A program made the position numbers and the translations under genes. DNA of 11,494 bases, taken from assembly GCA_902788085.1 (NCBI GenBank), contig CADAJB010000028.1:1-11494 (forward strand), written 5' to 3'. The number at the start of each line of letters is the position of its first letter. Positions within the stretch are counted from its first letter, which is position 1. The notes beneath the pieces are model-generated. The model was not told the DNA's origin and did no database searches. It was given only the letters and a program-made list of their open reading frames with translations. The DNA is from an uncultured Eubacteriales bacterium (GTDB taxonomy: Bacteria; Bacillota; Clostridia; Christensenellales; UBA1242). This document shows positions 1 to 6,644 of this stretch, piece after piece.

Positions 1-10
1 AACATATAAT

Positions 11-42
11 ACACAAAACAAGCATCATTGCTTGTTTTGTGT
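11..42. terminator. Perfect 14-bp inverted repeat, probable bidirectional intrinsic terminator
   Basis: ACACAAAACAAGCA (11..24), loop TCAT (25..28), TGCTTGTTTTGTGT (29..42). A T-rich run follows on the plus strand (43..59). The TGA stop of the minus-strand 326-aa gene (25..27) lies in the loop. Confidence 0.5.
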
Positions 43-1005
43 TAATTTTTCAATTTTTTGTTTAGAGTTTTCACCAAAAGTGATTATAATGGTGCCATCT
101 TTAAGTTTTTTGGAATAACCACCAACAAAGCCATTTTCTTGTAATTCTAAAAATTGATCATAATATTGTTTAACAAGCGGATCAGCGTCACCTTCTATTT
201 CTGGAATGTTTATTGGTTCTCTGGATAGTCCGTCATAATAATCAGAATATGAAACAGCAAGACCGCATATATGATGAACATCTATTTTGTCACTTAAATC
301 ACAAATTAAGCTCTCATCTCTTGCCCCTAATGATTTATCTGGTTTAATTATTAAATAACCAGAATCCAATACTCTAAGAAAAAATGCTTCTCCATTAAAA
401 AGTAACTTTTTTCTGAAATTTAATTGCATATCAACAATTTCACGACCAGCGATACCAAAAGAAGGACTGTTCCATATATCTAAAGATATGTAATCAACAT
501 TCGATTTTTTTATTGTATTGAAATCAAATTCCATATCTAGGCTTTCGCATGTGCAATTAGGATATGGTTTTGACCAAGTCAAAATAACACCATCCCCTTT
601 AATTGCAGTGCTTAAGTTCCCCACATAAGTAAAGATTCGCTGCTCGAAATCATAATAATTATCATTATAAACTTTTATAGAATGTATTCCAACATTATTT
701 ACAAGATTAAAAACATAATCCTTTCGGTTCTTTATGTATTGTTTTTTATCATAAACAACATAAGCATTTCTATTACAATAGTAACCTTCATTTTTAGGAG
801 ATATCACAACTTCGCCTTTACAAATAAGTGGACAAGGGCGATTGTCTTTTGCGCTTAGCCCTAGTTTATCCGCAAACAAGATTTCTTTTATTTCAATTTC
901 GTCTTTGTCAAAATCAATAGATTCTCCATTATTAAAAGAAACATTCATCTTGTATAATTGAAAATTTTTAAATTTATCTTTAGAAGCATAATATGTTTCT
1001 GCCAT
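25..1005 (-). CDS. Hypothetical cytoplasmic protein, 326 aa, no family recognised
   Basis: Long ORF. ATG at 1003..1005 sits 7 nt after a GGGAGA RBS (complement of 1013..1018). TGA stop at 25..27. No signal peptide, TM segment or catalytic motif that I can name. Confidence 0.8.
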   Translation of the reverse strand: MAETYYASKDKFKNFQLYKMNVSFNNGESIDFDKDEIEIKEILFADKLGLSAKDNRPCPLICKGEVVISPKNEGYYCNRNAYVVYDKKQYIKNRKDYVFNLVNNVGIHSIKVYNDNYYDFEQRIFTYVGNLSTAIKGDGVILTWSKPYPNCTCESLDMEFDFNTIKKSNVDYISLDIWNSPSFGIAGREIVDMQLNFRKKLLFNGEAFFLRVLDSGYLIIKPDKSLGARDESLICDLSDKIDVHHICGLAVSYSDYYDGLSREPINIPEIEGDADPLVKQYYDQFLELQENGFVGGYSKKLKDGTIIITFGENSKQKIEKLTQNKQ

Positions 1006-1112
1006 AAATTAATCTCCCTTATATTAAAAATTCACCCAATAATTATATACCATATTTTACCATAAAAGTAAATAAAAACGCAAATTCTAGTTCATAAGAT
1101 TTACACTATATT

Positions 1113-1202
1113 TGGCGGAGAGAAGAGGATTCGAACCTCCGGATGCTTTTACACATCGCACGCTTTCCAAGCGTGTGCCTTAAACCACTCGACCATCTCT
1201 CC
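1113..1202 (-). tRNA. tRNA-Ser, anticodon GGA, type II with long variable arm and encoded CCA
   Basis: The reverse complement folds by hand into a cloverleaf. Acceptor stem GGAGAGA/TCTCTCC, 3-bp D stem, anticodon stem CACGC/GCGTG with loop TTGGAAA (anticodon GGA). Variable-arm stem GATG/CATC, T arm GGAGG-TTCGAAT-CCTCT, discriminator G, then CCA. Total 90 nt. Confidence 0.95.
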
Positions 1203-1217
1203 AAGTGCCTTTAAAAA

Positions 1218-1246
1218 AGTTTAAACAAAAACATAATAATTGTCAA
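1218..1246 (-). promoter_or_regulatory. Sigma-A type promoter for tRNA-Ser
   Basis: On the minus strand: TTGACA (1241..1246), 17-nt spacer, TAAACT (1218..1223). This places the start about 9 nt upstream of the tRNA 5' end. Confidence 0.5.
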
Positions 1247-1270
1247 GTAGGTTTTTATTTTTACCAAAAC

Positions 1271-1300
1271 AAAAAAAGAATTAGCGTTTTTACTAATTCT
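1271..1300 (-). terminator. Rho-independent terminator after the 415-aa gene
   Basis: 8-bp stem AGAATTAG (1277..1284) / CTAATTCT (1293..1300) with an 8-nt loop. On the minus strand it is followed by a T run (complement of 1271..1276). It lies 10 nt past the TAA stop. Confidence 0.7.
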
Positions 1301-1309
1301 TTTTAATTA

Positions 1310-2557
1310 TTAAATTGCAGGGCCACGTGGGTATAATATACCATTGTATGATTGACTTATAGCGGTATTAACTGTTGTATCGCTACCATTTCTATACAAA
1401 GCACCATTTGTGCGGTAGTTGTTTAAAGATATTGTATAACCCGCAAACAAGCCTTGATTGTTGCCCACTAAGTCGCAACTAATTTTATAGTAGTAATAGT
1501 AAGTGTTTTTGTTTAAGTTTAAATTTGAACCGTCTTGGTTATATATTTTTACATTGCTGCTGGTTCTTAATTTTTGACAAGAAATATTTAAATTTTGCAA
1601 TGTAAATGTTGTGGTGTTTTGTCCGTTTAAATCGGATAGTATTATTGTGTTTATATATTTATATTCGGGGTTAGCGGGATATGAGCAACTTGTTATTGCT
1701 GCATCTGTGCCTACTTTTAAGCCTTCTTGATAATATGCGTTAGCAATATCCGACATATACGCTATCCAAAGCGCCAATGCACATTGCCCTAAATAATATA
1801 CATAAACACTTGTACAACTTGGCTGGCTAAAATCTATTGTTACACGATTTGTAGTATGAGTAAAGAATGAACCCGCTGTGCCACCATTAGATTGATAATA
1901 CATACAGTGGAATAACTCTTTTAACACACAGTCCCTTGCGGTTGCATCATCGGCATGCGTGTAGTTAGCGTCGTATTTAGTTGATGCCTTGTCTTCTTGG
2001 GTATCTAGCCTTCCGTCAAAATTTACGCCGTTGGTTTGAATTTCTAATGTGGTTAAATTTTTACAACCTTCGAATGACCTACAAAAAAAGTCGTTAAATA
2101 ATATTAAGTTTGGTTGAATACATAATTTTTCTAAATTGTCGGCATTATCCGCCCCAACTAATTGTGCTACCGTATATGTGTTTTTCACAGTTGAAGAACC
2201 ATCTGAACCAGTTTTTGTTATTGTTACATTTCCACCACTACCACCCGCATCGTAGTTGTATGGTAGTGTGGCGGTGTTAGAATCATCTACATACAACCCA
2301 CCTTCGTTTACTACAACTTTATCTCCCACAACTTGCACAGCAGGTGTTCCGTCTGCGGTTTCGTTAAATGGTTGTTCGGAAGAAGGAGTGCCACCAAACC
2401 CCCAGTTGCCTGTTATTGCAATGTTACCGTCTTTGCTAGAAAGGGCATTACCATTAAAAAGCCAAGTAGAAAAACCTATGTTAGTTGTTGCTAACATTAA
2501 AACAATTGTTAAAATTATTGAAAAAAACACTTTGTTTAATTTAACAATTTTTTTCAT
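1310..2557 (-). CDS. Secreted Cys-rich protein, 415 aa, with a TasA/SipW-cognate-like signal peptide; mature domain unrecognised
   Basis: AGGAAG RBS (complement of 2563..2568) lies 5 nt before the ATG. N-terminus is MKKIVKLNK, then a hydrophobic helix, then GFSTWLFNGNALSSKDGNIAITG. There are 10 Cys, one FxxCxxLxxL motif of the BspA-LRR type (FEGCKNLTTLEI), and the composition is rich in N/T/Y/G. Confidence 0.85.
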   Translation of the reverse strand: MKKIVKLNKVFFSIILTIVLMLATTNIGFSTWLFNGNALSSKDGNIAITGNWGFGGTPSSEQPFNETADGTPAVQVVGDKVVVNEGGLYVDDSNTATLPYNYDAGGSGGNVTITKTGSDGSSTVKNTYTVAQLVGADNADNLEKLCIQPNLILFNDFFCRSFEGCKNLTTLEIQTNGVNFDGRLDTQEDKASTKYDANYTHADDATARDCVLKELFHCMYYQSNGGTAGSFFTHTTNRVTIDFSQPSCTSVYVYYLGQCALALWIAYMSDIANAYYQEGLKVGTDAAITSCSYPANPEYKYINTIILSDLNGQNTTTFTLQNLNISCQKLRTSSNVKIYNQDGSNLNLNKNTYYYYYKISCDLVGNNQGLFAGYTISLNNYRTNGALYRNGSDTTVNTAISQSYNGILYPRGPAI

Positions 2558-2710
2558 TTTTTCTTCCTTGATTTTTACTTGTTTATTTTTTTATCCCCTA
2601 TTTTTTAGTATTAGAACTTGTTTTTGTTATTTGTTTTACCGCTTGACTTTTTGTTTGCGTTGCGGGTTTTGTTGGTGTTTTTGTTTCTGCCTTATGGTTA
2701 TTAGGTTTTT

Positions 2711-3814
2711 CTAAATCTTGTGCTGTGTAGATGCTTTTTGCATTGCTACTTTTTGCCTTATGCTTTGTGGAAGTTTAGCCGGCAATTTTGGTGGCAGTTT
2801 GTTAGGTAACTTAGGCGGTGGTTTTGGTGCCGTTTTTGGTTGTGCTGCTGGTTTTACAGGCAAACTTGGTTTTTTTGTTATTTGTTTTGGTTGTGGTGTT
2901 AATTTTTGTTTTTTGTTTGTCTGTTCTGGTTTTAACCCCAACACAACCAATCGGTTATTATACTCTGCCTCTATGCGTTTGGCTGTAACATTTGTTACCA
3001 CCATAATACCCACCGAAACAATAATAGTGTATATACCAAAAACCGAACTTAAAAACAGAATAGGAAAACCAAGTTTTCTAATTATTTCGCCTGTGGCAAC
3101 ACCTTCAATTTTATCGTAACTAACCATTTGTGTTTGTGTTGGGTATAAATCACCCATAAACACAAACATAAATTCTTGCCCACCTTCGTGGTTGGTTATT
3201 TGCTTTATAGACACAAGTCTGTGCACCAAAACCATATCTCCATATTTAAAAGCAAACACTTTATTTAAATATTTTGATGCATAAGTTGTGCCTATTGTGG
3301 CACCATTTTGTGTTAAATATGGTTGGCCGTGTTCGTCTTTATCTATTAAATCTTCTAAACTGGGTGCTGGGTTAAAGTATAAAATATCGCCACGGGCAAA
3401 TTGTTTTTCTACCATTTCAGGTGTTAAATATCCGCCGTGCTCTACAAGTTGATTATAATAGTCTTTTTCGTCGGCTATACTTGACATCGAGTTAGACACT
3501 ATAACCAGCCTGCCCCTATCAAATAGATAAACAATATTTCCGCCATCTTTTACAATAACAGCATAGACAGTTAAAGAGAATAAACAAAAAATAAGGACAA
3601 GCATAATCATTGAGACAATCAACCCCACAACACGGCGGTTTTTTCTCACAGGTTTTTGTCCATATTCTTTTTTTATAAATTCATCTTTCTGTCCATTATT
3701 AACTAATATTTTTTCACTTTTGTATATAGCGACGCACGATATTATCAAAAAAGTTAGAATAACAACAGAAATGAATACTAAAAATATCCAAGTTATCCAA
3801 TTTTCTAGATACAT
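2711..3814 (-). CDS. ER/archaeal-type (S26B, SipW-like) signal peptidase I with an extra N-terminal TM and a Pro/Lys-rich C-terminal tail, 367 aa
   Basis: Motifs read by eye: box B VIVSNSMSS (Ser109), box C GDILYF, box D LVHRLVS (His198-Arg, not the Lys of LepB type), box E MGDLY..SYDKIEG. Predicted TM helices at about residues 6-30, 62-88 and 250-275. The tail from 295 to 367 is K/P/Q-rich. No obvious RBS at the ATG; the gene starts 46 nt after the upstream gene. Confidence 0.7.
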   Translation of the reverse strand: MYLENWITWIFLVFISVVILTFLIISCVAIYKSEKILVNNGQKDEFIKKEYGQKPVRKNRRVVGLIVSMIMLVLIFCLFSLTVYAVIVKDGGNIVYLFDRGRLVIVSNSMSSIADEKDYYNQLVEHGGYLTPEMVEKQFARGDILYFNPAPSLEDLIDKDEHGQPYLTQNGATIGTTYASKYLNKVFAFKYGDMVLVHRLVSIKQITNHEGGQEFMFVFMGDLYPTQTQMVSYDKIEGVATGEIIRKLGFPILFLSSVFGIYTIIVSVGIMVVTNVTAKRIEAEYNNRLVVLGLKPEQTNKKQKLTPQPKQITKKPSLPVKPAAQPKTAPKPPPKLPNKLPPKLPAKLPQSIRQKVAMQKASTQHKI

Positions 3815-3860
3815 AAAAACTACTTAACTATATTTTTATAAACAAAAGTAAATAATCAAA

Positions 3861-4454
3861 CTATGCTACTTCTGCTGCTACTGTTATAGCTAATGTTATG
3901 CCAGCACTTTGTAATGCGGCATATTGTGTTGTGTTTGTTGGTTTACCTGTGCTCCAAGTAAATGTTGGTAAAGTGTAGGCTGCGCTTGCAGTAGAACCGT
4001 TTAAACTTGCTGCTGCAATACTACCATCAGTTTTAGTAAAGTATGTACCATTGTTTGTTAATGTTTCGGTTGGTGTAAATGTTGCCGAAGCAATAGTTAA
4101 ATTAGCATCAGCACCAGCATATTTTACATAAACGGTTTGAAGTCTAGCATTGTATAAGCCATCAACATAAGTTGTGCCACCAGTGTCTTGTGCCGAATCG
4201 TATTGTGTTGTGCTTAAAAATGGCTCGTGATTTTGGTCCATAATTAAATATACATTACCTAATGCGGCTGTGCATGCCGAATCTGTATAGAATGTAACAG
4301 TACCAGCACTTGTAGAAGATGCTGTTAGTTGCACATTAATGTTTTGACTATCACTTGTTGCACCTGTGTTAAATACCCATGCTGCCATACCTACGCCAAA
4401 TAACATAGTGATAGACAAAATAGATGCAAGTGTTATTTTGCTTAATAACTTCAT
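3861..4454 (-). CDS. Secreted Thr/Ala/Ser-rich protein, 197 aa, with a TasA/SipW-cognate-like signal peptide; possible fibre or matrix subunit
   Basis: AAGGAGA RBS (complement of 4462..4468) lies 7 nt before the ATG. N-terminus is MKLLSK, then a hydrophobic helix, then GMAAWVFNTGATSDSQNINV. The mature part has one Cys, alternating beta-like T/A/S/V/Y composition, and no C-terminal anchor. Confidence 0.85.
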   Translation of the reverse strand: MKLLSKITLASILSITMLFGVGMAAWVFNTGATSDSQNINVQLTASSTSAGTVTFYTDSACTAALGNVYLIMDQNHEPFLSTTQYDSAQDTGGTTYVDGLYNARLQTVYVKYAGADANLTIASATFTPTETLTNNGTYFTKTDGSIAAASLNGSTASAAYTLPTFTWSTGKPTNTTQYAALQSAGITLAITVAAEVA

Positions 4455-4485
4455 AATTAAATCTCCTTTTTTTGTTTGTAATATA

Positions 4486-4515
4486 ATTATACTTTTTTTA
4501 TTTTTTATTTATCAA
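4486..4515 (-). promoter_or_regulatory. Strong sigma-A type promoter of the three-gene secretion operon
   Basis: On the minus strand: TTGATA (4510..4515), 18-nt spacer, TATAAT (4486..4491). It lies about 30 nt upstream of the RBS of the 197-aa gene and downstream of the metG terminator. Confidence 0.6.
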
Positions 4516-4588
4516 ACATATGCCTGCCTAAATAACGGCAGTATCGTTTACAATTTTTATCTTGTGTAAAATTTTATATTATATATAT

Positions 4589-4614
4589 AAAAAAGGACCA
4601 ACTTTTGGTTAGTC
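4589..4614 (-). terminator. Rho-independent terminator of metG
   Basis: On the minus strand: GACTAAC, loop CAAAA, GTTGGTC. This is a 7-bp stem including one U-G pair (4596..4614), followed by T6 (complement of 4589..4594). It begins 3 nt after the TAA stop. Confidence 0.7.
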
Positions 4615-4617
4615 TTT

Positions 4618-6558
4618 TTAAATTTGTGTTGGGTGTTTTTTAAAGAAATCAAACTTAGGTGGAAGAAATTCAAAACTTGTTACGCTTGGGTATAAAGTGC
4701 TGTAAGTTTTTTCTATATTATCCCAATTAAAAATATTTTTATCCATTTTAAAATATTTAGCCACCAATTCACTACCCTCGGGTGCTATTGGGTGTAAAAG
4801 TGGAACACAAACTTTTATTGCGTGCAAGGTGTCGGCTATTAATTGTGCTTTAACATTTAAATCTTCGCTTTTAGATAGTGTTGCCCAATTTTGATTAACT
4901 TTTCGTAGATATTCGTCTAACAAAATTATTACATCCGAAAACTTAAATTCGGCAACTTTTTGCTGGTAGTTTTCGGCAAGAAGTGTTGCTTCGGCTATAA
5001 TATTGTTTTGTGGTTCCGCACTAGGAATAACGCCATTAAACAATGTTTGAACACTATATAAAACCGACCTAACAATTCGGTTAAAGATATTTGTTAGCAT
5101 ATTGCCCTGTGCAACAACTGGGTCGCCTGATTTTTCAAACTCGGCAGGCTGGAACACCTTAGATTTAAACTGGTATGCTGCATTATTTACATTCATACTT
5201 AAAAAGTGGCATCGTAGTTGTTCATAGGTGTAGTGGTCTAAAAGTTCGTCTGTTGTTGGGGCACGGTATTGCCCACTACTGCTTGCTTTTATACCATTAA
5301 ACAAAATATGTTTTAGTGGCACAAAATTAGATATTTGTATTTTACCATCTTCGGGTGCAATGTTGTGGCTGTTATTTAGCCCCATAATAATTGCAGGTTG
5401 TGCAAGACAATAAAAATAAATATTATCTTCGCCCAAAAATTGAACAATTTGGCAATCTTTACTTGCCCACCAATCTTTCCAACTTTGTGTGCTGTTTGTT
5501 TCTTTTAGATACATTTTAGTAAAAGATATTGGTGCCCATAAAGATTCGGGCCACACATAAAAAGTTAAACCTTTTGTATCTTCTTCTACTTGTGGCACAG
5601 GCACACCCCAAGCCGAATTACCTGTTATGCGGAAAGGTGCAAGTGTTTTGTTTGTAGCAAACCTAACATCTTTTTGTGTAAGAATATTGCACGCAACATC
5701 GCGGTCGGCAACTTTTTCGAATGTAAATTCTATTCTGCCTTTGTTTTCGTCTATTTTTTTCTCTAAATATTTAAAACTTACATTTTCTAACTTATTGCTA
5801 TCTTCGGTTTTAACATACAAGGCTGGGCGTGTTAAATAATCTCGCATTTCTTTTAGCATAAATTTGTGCACGCTTGGGCTTTCTTTTATTTTGTTAATCA
5901 TTTCAAAAAATTCGTTGCGGTAGTCATCTAGCGACACATAGTAGTTTACAATAGACTTAAATATAGGTTTTGTGTATGTTATTGTGCTAATTGGGTTTAT
6001 AAGTTCTTTTGGGTCGTATTGATGCCCAAGCGAACATTCGTCGGCATACCCAACTTCCGATTTACAGCCTTCTATTGGGCACTTACCTTCTACTTGCCTA
6101 CCATTTAAAACCATATTGGCTTTTTCGTCAAAAAACTGCTCGGTTTTGCGTTTTATTAACTTGCCATTTTTTAACAAAGTTTTAAAAACTTCGGCCGAAA
6201 CTTCTTTGTGCACATCATACGCAGGTTTTAAACAAGATGCATAAAACCTGTTAAAAGATATGTGATATTTTTGTGCTGTTTCTTTTTGAATGTTATGAAA
6301 TTTTGTTATGTATTCTTCTAGTGTTAAATCGGTTTCGCCATTTTGTTTAAGTTTGCGGTACTTTTCTTCGGTGGACGAACCAAACCCGTCGGTTCCGCAC
6401 AAGTACAAAACATTTTGCTCACCTATTCTATCTCGCATATAGCGGGCATAAAAATCCGAAATTATAAAGTTGGAAATATGCCCTATATGCAAAGGCTTGT
6501 TACCATTTGGCATACCTGCACTTATAAAAACTCGTTTAGGAAAATTTATTGTCTTCAT
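4618..6558 (-). CDS. metG: Methionine--tRNA ligase (class I aaRS), 646 aa, no C-terminal Trbp111/EMAPII domain
   Basis: PNGNKPLHIGH (HIGH motif), CGTDGFG, and a MetRS connective-peptide knuckle CPIEGCKSEVGYADECSLGH. Also WGVPVP and YVWPESL, with a KMSKS-position loop FNGIKASSSGQ. I place the start at ATG 6556..6558, which is 6 nt after an AAGGAG RBS (complement of 6565..6570). The ORF-track start at 6609 has no RBS. Confidence 0.93.
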   Translation of the reverse strand: MKTINFPKRVFISAGMPNGNKPLHIGHISNFIISDFYARYMRDRIGEQNVLYLCGTDGFGSSTEEKYRKLKQNGETDLTLEEYITKFHNIQKETAQKYHISFNRFYASCLKPAYDVHKEVSAEVFKTLLKNGKLIKRKTEQFFDEKANMVLNGRQVEGKCPIEGCKSEVGYADECSLGHQYDPKELINPISTITYTKPIFKSIVNYYVSLDDYRNEFFEMINKIKESPSVHKFMLKEMRDYLTRPALYVKTEDSNKLENVSFKYLEKKIDENKGRIEFTFEKVADRDVACNILTQKDVRFATNKTLAPFRITGNSAWGVPVPQVEEDTKGLTFYVWPESLWAPISFTKMYLKETNSTQSWKDWWASKDCQIVQFLGEDNIYFYCLAQPAIIMGLNNSHNIAPEDGKIQISNFVPLKHILFNGIKASSSGQYRAPTTDELLDHYTYEQLRCHFLSMNVNNAAYQFKSKVFQPAEFEKSGDPVVAQGNMLTNIFNRIVRSVLYSVQTLFNGVIPSAEPQNNIIAEATLLAENYQQKVAEFKFSDVIILLDEYLRKVNQNWATLSKSEDLNVKAQLIADTLHAIKVCVPLLHPIAPEGSELVAKYFKMDKNIFNWDNIEKTYSTLYPSVTSFEFLPPKFDFFKKHPTQI

Positions 6559-6599
6559 TGTTTGCTCCTTAAAGTTAAAACTTATAGGTATTTTTAAAA

Positions 6600-6628
6600 A
6601 GTTTATCACAGTAAATTAAATTTTGCAA
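6600..6628 (-). promoter_or_regulatory. Sigma-A type promoter of metG with an extended -10
   Basis: On the minus strand: TTGCAA (6623..6628), 17-nt spacer, TGaTAAACT (-10 hexamer at 6600..6605). Confidence 0.5.
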
Positions 6629-6644
6629 TAATTTTGTGTATAAA

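Noticed and set aside
1006-1202. tRNA-Ser as the attachment site of an integrated element
   Set aside because: There is no integrase or recombinase, and I could spot no repeat of the tRNA 3' end anywhere in the window. It is kept only as a low-level comment on the adjacent orphan gene.
2256-3119. Plus-strand ORFs of 152 aa (2256..2714) and 133 aa (2718..3119)
   Set aside because: They lie antisense to well-supported minus-strand genes and the operon spacer. Their F/C/L/G-rich low-complexity translations are just the complement of K/P/Q/A-rich coding sequence. They have no RBS and no promoter.
2444-4454. Type IV pilin / class III signal peptides on the two secreted proteins
   Set aside because: There is no G/A-F-T-L-x-E prepilin cleavage motif ahead of the hydrophobic segment. 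Instead the conserved motif (W-x-F-N) follows the hydrophobic helix, as in class I, SipW-type signals. No prepilin peptidase is present.
4524-4541. Inverted repeat CTGCC-N8-GGCAG just upstream of the operon -35, as a possible operator
   Set aside because: A 5-bp stem has a high chance expectation. There is no second copy, and I recognise no match to a known operator consensus.
6559-6609. Longer MetRS N-terminus (MINFLKIPISFNFKEQT..) given by the ORF track, and likewise the 10188..10253 extension of the PPase-like ORF
   Set aside because: In both cases an internal ATG is preceded by a strong RBS at ideal spacing (AAGGAG and GGAGGT respectively). The extension overlaps the predicted promoter or 5' UTR and adds non-conserved residues ahead of the family's normal N-terminus.
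6559-6644. T-box leader or other riboswitch upstream of metG
   Set aside because: Only 86 nt separate metG from the upstream gene. That space is taken up by a promoter and RBS, which is too short for a T-box (about 200 nt or more), and I see no specifier-loop or T-box sequence.
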